Notes: generated from the letters alone by a model not told the origin. 64,000 nt of DNA from an uncultured Lachnotalea sp. (GCA_947066815.1 CAMSZT010000011.1:2567-66566), one strand, 5' to 3'. Positions 1 through 9,024 are shown, counted from the stretch's first letter. Made by a program: numbers and translations.

Positions 1-590
1 TCCCTTGTGATATAGACGCCGAAGTCGCCGTCCTCAAAGTCCTCCATGGCCATGAGGAGGGCCATGTTCCCCTCCTGGACCAGATCTGCCATATGGACGC
101 CCCTTCCGGCATACTCCTTCGCCAGCTCCACCACACGGCCGAGGTGTCCCTCCGCCAGACGGTTCCTGGCAGCCCGGTCCCCCCTCTTCACGGCCGCAAG
201 GAGCTCCGGAAGCTCACGCCCGGAAAGCGCCTCGATGGCTTTTATCTCCTCCAGATACATCTTATAACATCTGGAGTCCTCCCCGGTCAGGCGCCTTTCA
301 GAAGATGTCCCCGCTCTGTCCCTCTTCTCCTGCTTCCCAGCTGCTTCTTTACTCCCCGCTTCTTTGTCGCCGCCTCTCAAATAAGAAAGGCTCTCCGCAT
401 GGCTCTCGTGGCCCTCCACCGTGATCTGATTCAGCTCCAGATAGCTGTAGATCAGTCGCCACTGCTCCGCAGTGAGCTCCCATCCCGAAAAACATTCCCG
501 GATCTGGGGCCCCGTTACCCTCAGGCCGGAAGCCTTCGCAAGGAGCAGAAGGTCGCCGAGGGCGGCTTTAAATTCGTTTTGATCGTTCAT
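1..590 (-). CDS. sigma-70 family RNA polymerase sigma factor, N-terminal part (3' end lies beyond the left window edge)
   Basis: Own translation from ATG 590-588 (RBS aagaggag upstream): MNDQNEFKAALGDLL...RLAEGHLGRVVELAKEYAGRGVHMADLVQEGNMALLMAMEDF. This resembles sigma-70 region 1.2/2. The frame is open to the window edge and is missing from the ORF track because it has no in-window stop. Confidence 0.75.
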   Translation of the reverse strand, partial: MNDQNEFKAALGDLLLLAKASGLRVTGPQIRECFSGWELTAEQWRLIYSYLELNQITVEGHESHAESLSYLRGGDKEAGSKEAAGKQEKRDRAGTSSERRLTGEDSRCYKMYLEEIKAIEALSGRELPELLAAVKRGDRAARNRLAEGHLGRVVELAKEYAGRGVHMADLVQEGNMALLMAMEDFEDGDFGVYITR

Positions 591-616
591 ATTGGTACTC
601 CTCTTTGTTCGGGCCC

Positions 617-794
617 GGGCCGTCGGGGCATCCGTTCCTCGCAGACACGTCGATTTTGCGGATTTTGCTGCGCCGCCTATGGCAGGCAATTTCACCTCCA
701 TCAAACCGGGTCGGCTGAAATTGCCTGCGCTAGACGCAGCAAAATCCGCAAAATCTTCCTATCGTCTGCTCCGGAACGGATGCCCCGACGGCCC
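617..794. repeat. Family-1 rod-like palindromic repeat, copy 1 (core orientation A on + strand)
   Basis: Perfect 22-bp outer arms gggccgtcggggcatccgttcc (617-638) / ggaacggatgccccgacggccc (773-794). 21-bp helix GATTTTGCGGATTTTGCTGCG/CGCAGCAAAATCCGCAAAATC. Apical stem GCAGGCAATTTC/GAAATTGCCTGC with loop ACCTCCATCAAACCGGGTCGGCT. The core recurs at four other loci. Confidence 0.9.
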
Positions 795-883
795 TCACTC
801 CGAAAATGTCATGCTCCGTCCCAGGCGGGCGGCCGCCTACCATGCGGTTCTTCCAGCAGATATGCAAAAAACGCAAACTCGTC

Positions 884-2218
884 TTACACATTAAACAGCG
901 CCGTGGCGATGGAAAAATAGATGGTGATGGCCGCCGCGTCCACGAAGGTGGTGATCAGGGGGGCCGCCATCAGGGCAGGGTCCAGCTTGCACCGCTTCGC
1001 CAGCATGGGCAGACTGCAGCCGATCAGTTCCGCCAGGGTTACCGTGCAGATCAGGGTCATCCCGATCAGAGCCGCCAGCTTCAGGTTCTGCTGGTACATG
1101 ATATAGATCCGAACGCCGTTGACCACCGCCAGCGTGCTGCTCACCAGCGCCGCCACCCGGATCTCCTTCCAGATGACCCGCAGCGCATCCTTCAAACGGA
1201 TGTCGTCAATGGCCATGCCCCGGATGATCAGGGCCGAGCTCTGGGAGCCGCAGTTTCCGCTGGTGTCCATCAGCATGGGAATAAAAGAGACCAGCACGGG
1301 GATCGCCTCGAAGGCCATCTCATATTTCGTGATGATCATTCCCGTCAAAGTCGCCGAGAGCATCAGGATCAGCAGCCAGGGGATCCGGTTTCCGGCATGG
1401 CGGAAAACGGAAGTGCTGAAATAAGAATCCTCACTGGGGGCCACCGCCGCCATGAGGGCGATATCCTCCGTCACCTCGTCCTGCATGACCTCCATGGCAT
1501 CGTCCACGGTCACGATCCCGACCATGCAGCCCTCCCGGTCCACCACGGGCAGGGCGATCAGGCCGTACTTACGGACCAGCTTGGCCGCCGTCTCCTGGTC
1601 GTCGTGGGTGTTGATGGTGATGATATTGGACTCCATGATCTCCTGGACGCTCTTCCTCTCGTCTGAGATCAAAAGGGCCTTCGCCGTCACGATCCCCAGA
1701 AGCTTCTTATTCTGGATCACGTAGCAGGTGTAAATGGTCTCGCTATCGATGCCGACCCTGCGGATCTTCTCCAGGGACGCCTTCACCGTCATGTGGGGCT
1801 TTAAGTCCACGTACTCCACCGTCATAATGCTGCCGACGCTGTCCTCCGGATAGCTCAAAAGCTGGTTGAGCTGTCTCCTGGTCTCCAGGTCCGTGTTGGC
1901 CAGGATCCGCTCCACCACGTTGGCCGGCATCTCCTCCAAAAGGTCCGCCGTGTCGTCCAGGAACATATCGTCGAGGACCGCCCGAAGCTCCCGCTCCGTC
2001 AGGGCCTCCACCAAAATCTGTTGTTCCCTGGACTCCATGCAGCTGAAGGTTTCCGCCGCCTCCTCCTTGCCGATCAGCCGGAAGGCCATGATCATCTGTC
2101 TCTCCGGAAGCTCCTCCAAAAGCTCCGCCAGGTCCACCTGGTTCATCTCGGCAAAGGACTCCTTGATCCTTTTATACTGCTTGGTCTCAAGCAGCTCGCA
2201 AACATCTCTCTCTGTCAT
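884..2218 (-). CDS. mgtE: magnesium transporter MgtE
   Basis: 444-aa ORF with the MgtE N-domain (QVDLAELLEELPERQMIMAFRLIGKEEAAETF), tandem CBS region and C-terminal TM domain (PMLMDTSGNCGSQSSALIIRG). Confidence 0.95.
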   Translation of the reverse strand: MTERDVCELLETKQYKRIKESFAEMNQVDLAELLEELPERQMIMAFRLIGKEEAAETFSCMESREQQILVEALTERELRAVLDDMFLDDTADLLEEMPANVVERILANTDLETRRQLNQLLSYPEDSVGSIMTVEYVDLKPHMTVKASLEKIRRVGIDSETIYTCYVIQNKKLLGIVTAKALLISDERKSVQEIMESNIITINTHDDQETAAKLVRKYGLIALPVVDREGCMVGIVTVDDAMEVMQDEVTEDIALMAAVAPSEDSYFSTSVFRHAGNRIPWLLILMLSATLTGMIITKYEMAFEAIPVLVSFIPMLMDTSGNCGSQSSALIIRGMAIDDIRLKDALRVIWKEIRVAALVSSTLAVVNGVRIYIMYQQNLKLAALIGMTLICTVTLAELIGCSLPMLAKRCKLDPALMAAPLITTFVDAAAITIYFSIATALFNV

Positions 2219-2600
2219 GTCCTGCCTCCTTTTTTAATACTGTAAAACTCCTGCCGCCGCCCGGCAGTTCATGGTACGCAAAACATGAAAAGAAAGCTGT
2301 CCCCGCTATGAAAAAGCCTTAAAACAGAATCCCGCTCCGCCGCAAATGCAGCATGTCCCCAGTACTGCCTTGCGCAAATTTCGGTGAAGTCAGCACCTGC
2401 TCTTTGCGCCATTGTTGCGTTGTCATCAGTCAACGATGCCACCGCATCGTCTCCTTCTTCCGCCTTACCCTGACACAAATATCAGGCACTGCTATTCACC
2501 GTTATCTGCGCAAGGCAGTACTAGTGAGTCTGTGAACCGTCTCCATCATGCTTTGCCTGCAACTGTTACTACCGTCCGGATCCATAAACTCACCACCTTT
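2219..2600 (-). promoter_or_regulatory. long structured 5' leader of mgtE (candidate riboswitch, class unresolved)
   Basis: About 380 nt between repeat copy 2 and the mgtE ATG. A perfect 16-bp long-range pairing agtactgccttgcgca (2505-2525 region) / tgcgcaaggcagtact (2353-2372 region) encloses nested helices (ACGGTGAA/TTCACCG, CAGTGCC/GGTGCTG and several hairpins). The leader ends in a terminator-like hairpin just before the RBS. Confidence 0.4.
2245..2267 (-). terminator. terminator-like hairpin of the mgtE leader expression platform
   Basis: Minus-strand RNA CUGCCGGGCGGCGGCAG followed by GAGUUUUAC, about 25 nt upstream of the aaggagg RBS of mgtE. The U-tract is weak. Confidence 0.45.
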
Positions 2601-2605
2601 CCTGT

Positions 2606-2865
2606 AAATATTTCCACCTGTGCGGTTGGAACGCCTTGTTCTGGCTTCGTCAGGGAACAGCTGGTTGCAGCAGACGATAGGCAGATTTTGCAGATTTTGC
2701 AGATTTTGCGAGCCTAGCGTCATCGAACCGGCTGACCCGTTTTGATGGAAGCAGGTTCGGTGACAATAAGCGGCGCAGCAAAATCAAAAAATCAACGTGT
2801 CTGCGAAACCTGCTGCTCTCTGACGGAGACATGAGAAAGCTTCAACCGCACAGGTAGAAATATTT
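2606..2865. repeat. Family-1 rod-like palindromic repeat, copy 2 (core orientation A on - strand; long form)
   Basis: Outermost arms aaatatttccacctgtgcggttg (2606-2628) / caaccgcacaggtagaaatattt (2843-2865). The core is nearly identical to copy 5 in reverse complement. Contains gcagatttt x3. Confidence 0.9.
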
Positions 2866-2964
2866 TTATATAGAAAGGCACGTCCTGACATGGTGACGTG
2901 CCTTTCCGCTTACTTCATTTATACTATATTTCGCTTTTCCCTGTCAACCCGTTTGGGAAACTTT

Positions 2965-5427
2965 TTACGCGTCCAGCTCCACCTTCACCCGGTCCAGATG
3001 CCAGATCTCATCTACGTACTGCCGGATCGTCCGGTCGGAAGAGAACTTGCCGGAGCAGGCCACGTTCATGATGGCCGCCTTCGCCCACCACTTCTCGTCC
3101 CGGTAAGCCGCATCCACCCGCTTCTGGGCTTCGGCGTAGGAACGGAAATCCTTCAGATTGAAGTAGGTGTCCGCCTTGTCGGTGCTCTGGGTGTTGAGCA
3201 GAGAATTGTACAGGTCACGGAACAGCTCCGTGTTGTGGGGCGCATAGAAGCCGTTGATGAGCTGCATCAGCACCCGGCGGATATCCTGGTCGTCGTTGAA
3301 GATATCCATGGGATTGTAGCCGCCGTGGGTCTCATAGTCAATGACCTCGTCGGAGGACATGCCGAAGATGAAGGCGTATTCCTTGCCCACCTCCTCCACG
3401 ATCTCCACGTTGGCGCCGTCCATGGTGCCGAGGGTCAGGGCCCCGTTCAGCATGAACTTCATGTTGCCCGTGCCGGAAGCCTCCTTGCTGGCGGTGGAGA
3501 TCTGTTCGCTGACGTCAGCCGCCGCAAAGATCCACTCCGCATTGGACACCCGGTAGTCCTCGATGAACACCACCTTGATCTTTCCGCCTATGGACTTGTC
3601 GTTGTTGACCACGTCGGCCACGGAATTGATCAGCTTGATGGTCAGCTTGGCGATCTTATAGCCCGCCGCCGCCTTGGCGCCGAAAATAAAGGTCCTGGGA
3701 ACCATGTCCATCTCCGGATTGTCCTTGAGCTGGTTGTACAGGTACATCACATGGAGGATGTTGAGGAGCTGTCTCTTGTACTCGTGGAGCCGCTTCACCT
3801 GCACGTCGAAGATGGACCTGGGATCCACGTCGATGCCGTTGTTCTCCTTGATATATTTCGCCAGACGGAGCTTGTTCTGGTACTTGATGTTCATAAACTC
3901 CTGCTGACACTTTTCGTCATCCGCATAGACGGCCAGCTTCTTGATGTGGGGCAGGTCGGTGATCCACTCGTCGCCGATCTTGTCCGTCACCCACTTAGCC
4001 AGAAGCTCGTTGCCATGGAGCAGGAACCTGCGCTGAGTGATGCCGTTGGTCTTGTTGTTGAATTTCTGAGGCTCCATCTCATAGAAATCTTTCAGGACCT
4101 TGTTCTTTAAGATCTCTGTATGCAGTCTCGCCACGCCGTTGACGGAAAAGCTTCCGGCAATGGCCAGATGGGCCATCTTCACCTGTCCGTCATAGATGAT
4201 GGCCATCCGCCTCACCTTCTCCTCGTCGCCGGGGAATGTCTTCCTGATCTTCTCCACGAAACGACGGTTGATCTCCTCCACGATCTGGTAAATACGGGGA
4301 AGCAGTCTGGAGAACAACTCCAGCGGCCATTTTTCCAGGGCCTCGGCCATGATGGTGTGGTTGGTGTAAGCGCAGGTCTTGGTGGTGATCTCCCACGCCT
4401 CGTCCCAGTCCAGACCTTCCACGTCCAAAAGGACCCTCATCAGCTCCGGAACCGCCACCGTGGGATGGGTGTCGTTCATCTGGAACACCACCTTCTCCGG
4501 CAGCATGTGGATGTCGTCATGGAGCATCTTGAACTTCTGCACCGCCCGCTGTACGCTGGCGGAGATGAAGAAATACTGCTGTTTCAGGCGGAGCTCCTTG
4601 CCCGCATAATGGTTGTCGTTGGGATAGAGGACCTCGACGATGTTCTTCGCCAGGTTCTCCTGCTCCACCGCCTTCCGGTAATCGCCCTTGTCAAAGGAAT
4701 CCAGGCTGAAGGTGTTGATGGGCTCCGCATCCCAGATCCTGAGCGTGTTCACCACGTTATTTCCATAGCCCACGATGGGAAGGTCGTAGGGCACGGCACG
4801 GACTGACTGATAGCCCTCCTGGATGAACTGGTTCCTCCCGTTCTTCCATTCCGTGCGGACATAGCCGCCGAATTTGACCTCGACCGCATACTCGTCCCGG
4901 CGCACCTCGAAGGGATTGCCGTCCTTCAGCCAGTCGTCCGGAACCTCCATCTGATAGCCGTCCCGGATCTCCTGCTTGAACATGCCGTACTTGTAACGGA
5001 TGCCGCAGCCGTAGGCCGCATAGCCCAGGGTGGCCAGCGAATCCAAGAAACAGGCCGCCAGACGGCCCAGGCCGCCGTTTCCGAGGGCGTAATCCCGCTC
5101 CTGGTCCTCGATCACATTGAGGTCAAAGCCCAGCTCGTCGAGAGCCCCTTTGATCTCGTCCCTGGCACAGATATTGATGATGTTGTTTCCAAGTGCACGG
5201 CCCATGAGAAACTCCATGGACATATAGTAGACCATCTTTGCATCCTGTTTGTCATACTGCTTGTGGGTGGCGATCCACTCGTCGACGATGACATCCTTCA
5301 CCGCATAGGCCACGGCCTGGAACACCTGCTTCGGCGTGGCCTCGGAAATGGTCTTCCGATAAAGATTCTTGACGTTGCTTTCCACTTCCCGTTTAAAGTG
5401 TTCCTTATCAAACTGATAACTGGACAT
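2965..5427 (-). CDS. glgP: glycogen/alpha-glucan phosphorylase (GT35)
   Basis: Contains the PLP-site signature EASGTGNMKFMLNGALTLGTMDGANVEI. Start placed at MSSYQF (aggagg RBS) rather than the ORF-track start 5457. Confidence 0.95.
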   Translation of the reverse strand: MSSYQFDKEHFKREVESNVKNLYRKTISEATPKQVFQAVAYAVKDVIVDEWIATHKQYDKQDAKMVYYMSMEFLMGRALGNNIINICARDEIKGALDELGFDLNVIEDQERDYALGNGGLGRLAACFLDSLATLGYAAYGCGIRYKYGMFKQEIRDGYQMEVPDDWLKDGNPFEVRRDEYAVEVKFGGYVRTEWKNGRNQFIQEGYQSVRAVPYDLPIVGYGNNVVNTLRIWDAEPINTFSLDSFDKGDYRKAVEQENLAKNIVEVLYPNDNHYAGKELRLKQQYFFISASVQRAVQKFKMLHDDIHMLPEKVVFQMNDTHPTVAVPELMRVLLDVEGLDWDEAWEITTKTCAYTNHTIMAEALEKWPLELFSRLLPRIYQIVEEINRRFVEKIRKTFPGDEEKVRRMAIIYDGQVKMAHLAIAGSFSVNGVARLHTEILKNKVLKDFYEMEPQKFNNKTNGITQRRFLLHGNELLAKWVTDKIGDEWITDLPHIKKLAVYADDEKCQQEFMNIKYQNKLRLAKYIKENNGIDVDPRSIFDVQVKRLHEYKRQLLNILHVMYLYNQLKDNPEMDMVPRTFIFGAKAAAGYKIAKLTIKLINSVADVVNNDKSIGGKIKVVFIEDYRVSNAEWIFAAADVSEQISTASKEASGTGNMKFMLNGALTLGTMDGANVEIVEEVGKEYAFIFGMSSDEVIDYETHGGYNPMDIFNDDQDIRRVLMQLINGFYAPHNTELFRDLYNSLLNTQSTDKADTYFNLKDFRSYAEAQKRVDAAYRDEKWWAKAAIMNVACSGKFSSDRTIRQYVDEIWHLDRVKVELDA

Positions 5428-5499
5428 AAAAACTCCTCCTGCTGCAATTAATTTCATGATCCTGTTTCATTTGCCGGCCTCCCGCCGGCGTCCGGCGCC

Positions 5500-8400
5500 C
5501 TATACGGTCGCCTTCTCCACACCAAGCATAACACGTTCGCCGTTAATATTCCAGTCTTTTTCGTATCCGGCGACCTTTCCGATATAAATTTCCTCGGCCA
5601 GGACCTCGCCCTTGATCTCTTCCGTGTGGTTTTTCAGGATCTCGGCGATCCTGTCGTTCTCATCCTGGTACAGATGGATGTGGTCCGTGACCTCGAAGCC
5701 GGCCTCCTTGCGCATGGTCTGCACCTTGCTGATGATCTCCCGGACAAAGCCCTCCTCCAGAAGTTCCGGCGTCAGGTTGGTGTCCAGCACCACCGTGACC
5801 TCCCCGGAAACCTCCGTCACATAGCCCTCCTTCTGGACCATGTCGATCAGAAGGTCCTCTTCCGACAGAGTCACCTCCGTCCCGGCCATGGACATGGTGA
5901 GGAAGCCTTTCGCCTTCAGCTCGTCCATGGCGGCATTGCCGTCCAGCTCCGCAAGCTCCTTCTTGATCTGTCCCAGAAGCTTCCCGTACTTGGGCCCCAC
6001 GGTCCGCATCTGCGGCTTGAAGGTGTAGGTGGTAAACTCCCGCACATCGTCGGTGAACACGGCCTTCTTCACATTCAGCTCGTCTTCTACGATCTCGGCA
6101 TAGAACTCCGGCAGGGCGAAGGGCGCCTTCACGAACATCTTTCCGATGGGCTGGCGGTTTTTGATGTTTGCCGTGTTGCGGCAGGCCCGGCCCATGACCA
6201 CCACCTTCAGCACATGCTCCATGTGATCTTCCAGCTCTCTGTCAATGTGGCTCTCGTCCGCTGTGGGGAAGTCACACAGGTGCACGCTCTCCGGAGCGTC
6301 CTTGTCGATGCTGCACACCAGGTTCCGGTAAATGTCCTCCGTCATGAAGGGGATCATCGGCGCCGCCGCCTTGCTGACCGTCACGAGGGCCGTGTACAGG
6401 GTCATGTAGGCATTGACCTTGTCCTGGGGCATTCCCTTCGCCCAGAACCGCTCCCTGCTCCGTCTCACGTACCAGTTGGAAAGATCGTCCACGAACTCCT
6501 GCAGGGCCTTGGCCGCCTCCGGGATCCGGTAGTTCTCCAGGTGGGAATCCACGGCCTTCACCATGGTGTTCATCTTGGACAGAATCCATCTGTCCATGAC
6601 GGAAAGGGCACTGTAGTCCAAACTATATTTTGTCGCGTCGAAATTGTCAATGTTCGCATAGAGCACGAAGAAGGCATAGGTGTTCCAGAGGGTCCCCATG
6701 AACTTCCTCTGCCCCTCCATGACGGCCTTCCCGTGGAACCGGTTGGGCAGCCAGGGTGCGCTGTTGATATAGAAATACCAGCGGATGGCGTCGGCCCCGT
6801 AGGTGGCGAGGGCGTCAAAGGGATCCACCGCATTCCCCTTGGACTTGCTCATCTTCTGGCCGTTCTCGTCCTGCACGTGCCCCAGCACGATCACGTTCTC
6901 GTAGGGCGCTTTGTTGAAGATCAGGGTCGAGATCGCCAGCAGGGAATAGAACCATCCCCTGGTCTGGTCCACCGCCTCGGAGATAAACTGGGCCGGGAAC
7001 TGGGCCTTGAAGAGTTCCTCGTTCTCAAAGGGATAATGATGCTGGGCAAAGGGCATGGCCCCGGAGTCAAACCAGCAGTCGATCACCTCCGGCACCCGCC
7101 GCATCTGCTTCCCGCACTTGGGGCAGGTGATGGTCACGGCGTCGATGAAGGGCCGGTGCAGCTCGATGTCGTCGGGACAGTTGTCGGACATTTCCTTGAG
7201 CTCCGCAATGCTCCCGATGGAATGCTGGTGCCCGCACTCACATTCCCAGATGTTTAAGGGCGTCCCCCAGTAACGGTTCCTGGAAAGGCCCCAGTCCTGG
7301 ATGTTCTCCAACCAGTCGCCGAAGCGGCCCTTGCCGATGCTCTCCGGGATCCAGTTGATGGTGTTGTTGTTGCGGATCAGGTCCTCCTTGACCTCCGTCA
7401 TCTTGATGAACCAGGACTCTCTGGCGTAATAGATGAGCGGCGTGTCGCAGCGCCAGCAGTGGGGATAGCTGTGCTCGAACTTGGGGGCGTCGTAGAGCAG
7501 TCCCCGCTCGTCCAGCCAGACGAGCACCTTCGGGTCGGCCTCCTTCACGAACAGCCCCGCAAAAGGTGTCTCCTCCGTCATGTTCCCCTTGCCGTCCACC
7601 ATCTGCACGAAGGGCATGTTGCCGTATTTGCGGCAGACCCTGGCATCGTCCTCACCGAAGGCCGGAGCAATGTGAACCACGCCGGTGCCGTCGGTCAGGG
7701 TGACGTAACCATCACAGACCACGAAGAACGCTTTCTTGTTCTGCTTATCGGCCACCTGCTTCGCACAGTCGAAGAGCGGCTCATACTCCTTATATTCCAG
7801 GTCTTTTCCTTTATAAGTCTCAAGCACCTCGTAGGCAGGCTTCCCCTCCTCCGCCAGACGTCCGAGCACCGTGTCCAGAAGGGCGGTCGCCATATAGTAG
7901 GTCTTCCCGTCGGCGGCCTTCACCTTCGCATACTCCTCGTCCGGGTTCACGCAGAGGGCGATGTTGGAGGGCAGGGTCCAGGGCGTCGTGGTCCAGGCCA
8001 GGATGTAAGCGTCCTCGCCCTTCACCTTGAAGCGGACCACCGCCGAGCGTTCCTTGATATCTTTATAGCCCTGGGCCACCTCGTGGCTGGAGAGGGGCGT
8101 GCCGCAGCGGGGGCAGTAGGGTACGATCTTGAAGCCCTTGTAGAGAAGGCCCCGGTCCCAGATCTTCTTGAGCGCCCACCATTCCGACTCGATAAAGTCG
8201 TCGTGGTAGGTCACGTAGGGATCGTCCATGTCGGCCCAGAAGCCCACCGTGCCGGAGAAATCCTCCCACATGCCCTTGTACTTCCACACGCTCTCCTTGC
8301 AGTGGGCGATAAAGGGCTCCAGGCCGTACTCCTCGATCTGCTCCTTGCCGTCCAGGCCCAGCATCCGCTCCACTTCCAGCTCCACCGGGAGCCCGTGGGT

Positions 8401-8658
8401 GTCCCATCCGGCCTTCCTGGGCACCATGTAGCCCTTCATGGTCCGGTAGCGGGGGATCATGTCCTTGATGACCCTGGTCAGCACGTGGCCGATGTGGGGC
8501 TTCCCGTTGGCCGTGGGCGGCCCGTCGTAGAAGGTGTAGGTCTCCCCCTCCTTCCGGCTGTCAATGCTCTTCTCAAAGATGTCGTTGTCCTTCCAGAACT
8601 GTTGGATCTTCTTTTCCCGCTCTACAAAATTCAGGTCCGTAGAAACTTTCTCGTACAT
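5500..8658 (-). CDS. ileS: isoleucine--tRNA ligase (long, type-2 form)
   Basis: HIGH motif PTANGKPHIGHV and KMSKSKGN. Start at MYEKVSTDLNF (ATG 8658, RBS aggagg); the ORF-track N-extension runs into the T-box terminator. Confidence 0.95.
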   Translation of the reverse strand: MYEKVSTDLNFVEREKKIQQFWKDNDIFEKSIDSRKEGETYTFYDGPPTANGKPHIGHVLTRVIKDMIPRYRTMKGYMVPRKAGWDTHGLPVELEVERMLGLDGKEQIEEYGLEPFIAHCKESVWKYKGMWEDFSGTVGFWADMDDPYVTYHDDFIESEWWALKKIWDRGLLYKGFKIVPYCPRCGTPLSSHEVAQGYKDIKERSAVVRFKVKGEDAYILAWTTTPWTLPSNIALCVNPDEEYAKVKAADGKTYYMATALLDTVLGRLAEEGKPAYEVLETYKGKDLEYKEYEPLFDCAKQVADKQNKKAFFVVCDGYVTLTDGTGVVHIAPAFGEDDARVCRKYGNMPFVQMVDGKGNMTEETPFAGLFVKEADPKVLVWLDERGLLYDAPKFEHSYPHCWRCDTPLIYYARESWFIKMTEVKEDLIRNNNTINWIPESIGKGRFGDWLENIQDWGLSRNRYWGTPLNIWECECGHQHSIGSIAELKEMSDNCPDDIELHRPFIDAVTITCPKCGKQMRRVPEVIDCWFDSGAMPFAQHHYPFENEELFKAQFPAQFISEAVDQTRGWFYSLLAISTLIFNKAPYENVIVLGHVQDENGQKMSKSKGNAVDPFDALATYGADAIRWYFYINSAPWLPNRFHGKAVMEGQRKFMGTLWNTYAFFVLYANIDNFDATKYSLDYSALSVMDRWILSKMNTMVKAVDSHLENYRIPEAAKALQEFVDDLSNWYVRRSRERFWAKGMPQDKVNAYMTLYTALVTVSKAAAPMIPFMTEDIYRNLVCSIDKDAPESVHLCDFPTADESHIDRELEDHMEHVLKVVVMGRACRNTANIKNRQPIGKMFVKAPFALPEFYAEIVEDELNVKKAVFTDDVREFTTYTFKPQMRTVGPKYGKLLGQIKKELAELDGNAAMDELKAKGFLTMSMAGTEVTLSEEDLLIDMVQKEGYVTEVSGEVTVVLDTNLTPELLEEGFVREIISKVQTMRKEAGFEVTDHIHLYQDENDRIAEILKNHTEEIKGEVLAEEIYIGKVAGYEKDWNINGERVMLGVEKATV

Positions 8659-8664
8659 GTCATT

Positions 8665-8955
8665 CCTCCTGTAAGAATACGGTTTACGAAAAAAGGGCTT
8701 CGTCCAGAAAAGGACGAAGCCCAGAGTCTTCGCTATACCACCCGTTCTGCATACGCCGCCCAAGACGGTCATACACGCTCCCGATAACGGCGGATCCCGG
8801 CACAGCCTACCAAATGCCCGAAGCCCTCTTCGCCCGGCGGCTCCTCCGCCCGGACGGCCACGGCACCCTTCAGCCTGCAGCTTGGGAGTGATCTTCGATG
8901 CGGCCCTACTCGCCCCGGCTTCCCACCGCCGCCGGGTCTCTGCGCCTTTCCTGCC
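8665..8955 (-). promoter_or_regulatory. T-box leader, isoleucine (AUC specifier)
   Basis: Minus strand shows the AGAGA stem-I element. A GAAGAUCAC specifier context places AUC at the complement of 8890-8892. The T-box sequence is GGGTGGTATAGCG (complement of 8731-8743). The terminator GGGCTTCGTCC-TTTCT-GGACGAAGCCC plus T6 lies at 8689-8722. Confidence 0.9.
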
Positions 8956-8995
8956 GCCCTACTGTCTCCTTCACAGCTTTTTTCGTATGGCTAAT

Positions 8996-9024
8996 ATTAT
9001 AAATATGGAAGAAAGAAAAGTCAA
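8996..9024 (-). promoter_or_regulatory. sigma-A type promoter for the ileS leader
   Basis: Minus strand TTGACT (9024-9019), 17 nt spacer, TATAAT (9001-8996), about 35 nt upstream of the T-box stem I. Confidence 0.6.

Noticed and set aside
592-894. Short ORFs lying inside Family-1 repeats (592-894 +, 2650-2832 -, 48824-49072 -, 53852-54223 +), e.g. ...RRHVDFLILLRRLL...AKSAKSAYRLL
   Set aside because: Apparent peptide similarity between copies follows only the conserved nucleotide core. Where stems differ, the peptides diverge completely. Starts and stops are not conserved, and the elements occur in both orientations. Structure explains the conservation better than coding.
2890-4806. 406-aa and 228-aa + strand ORFs antisense to glgP
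   Set aside because: Low-complexity antisense frames. glgP carries the diagnostic PLP-site motif on the minus strand.
5626-8787. Long + strand ORFs (543 aa at 5626-7257 and 442 aa at 7459-8787) antisense to ileS
   Set aside because: Typical high-GC antisense open frames. Low-complexity H/L/G/R/V/P-rich translations with no RBS and no recognisable motifs. The minus-strand ileS frame has unambiguous HIGH/KMSKS signatures.
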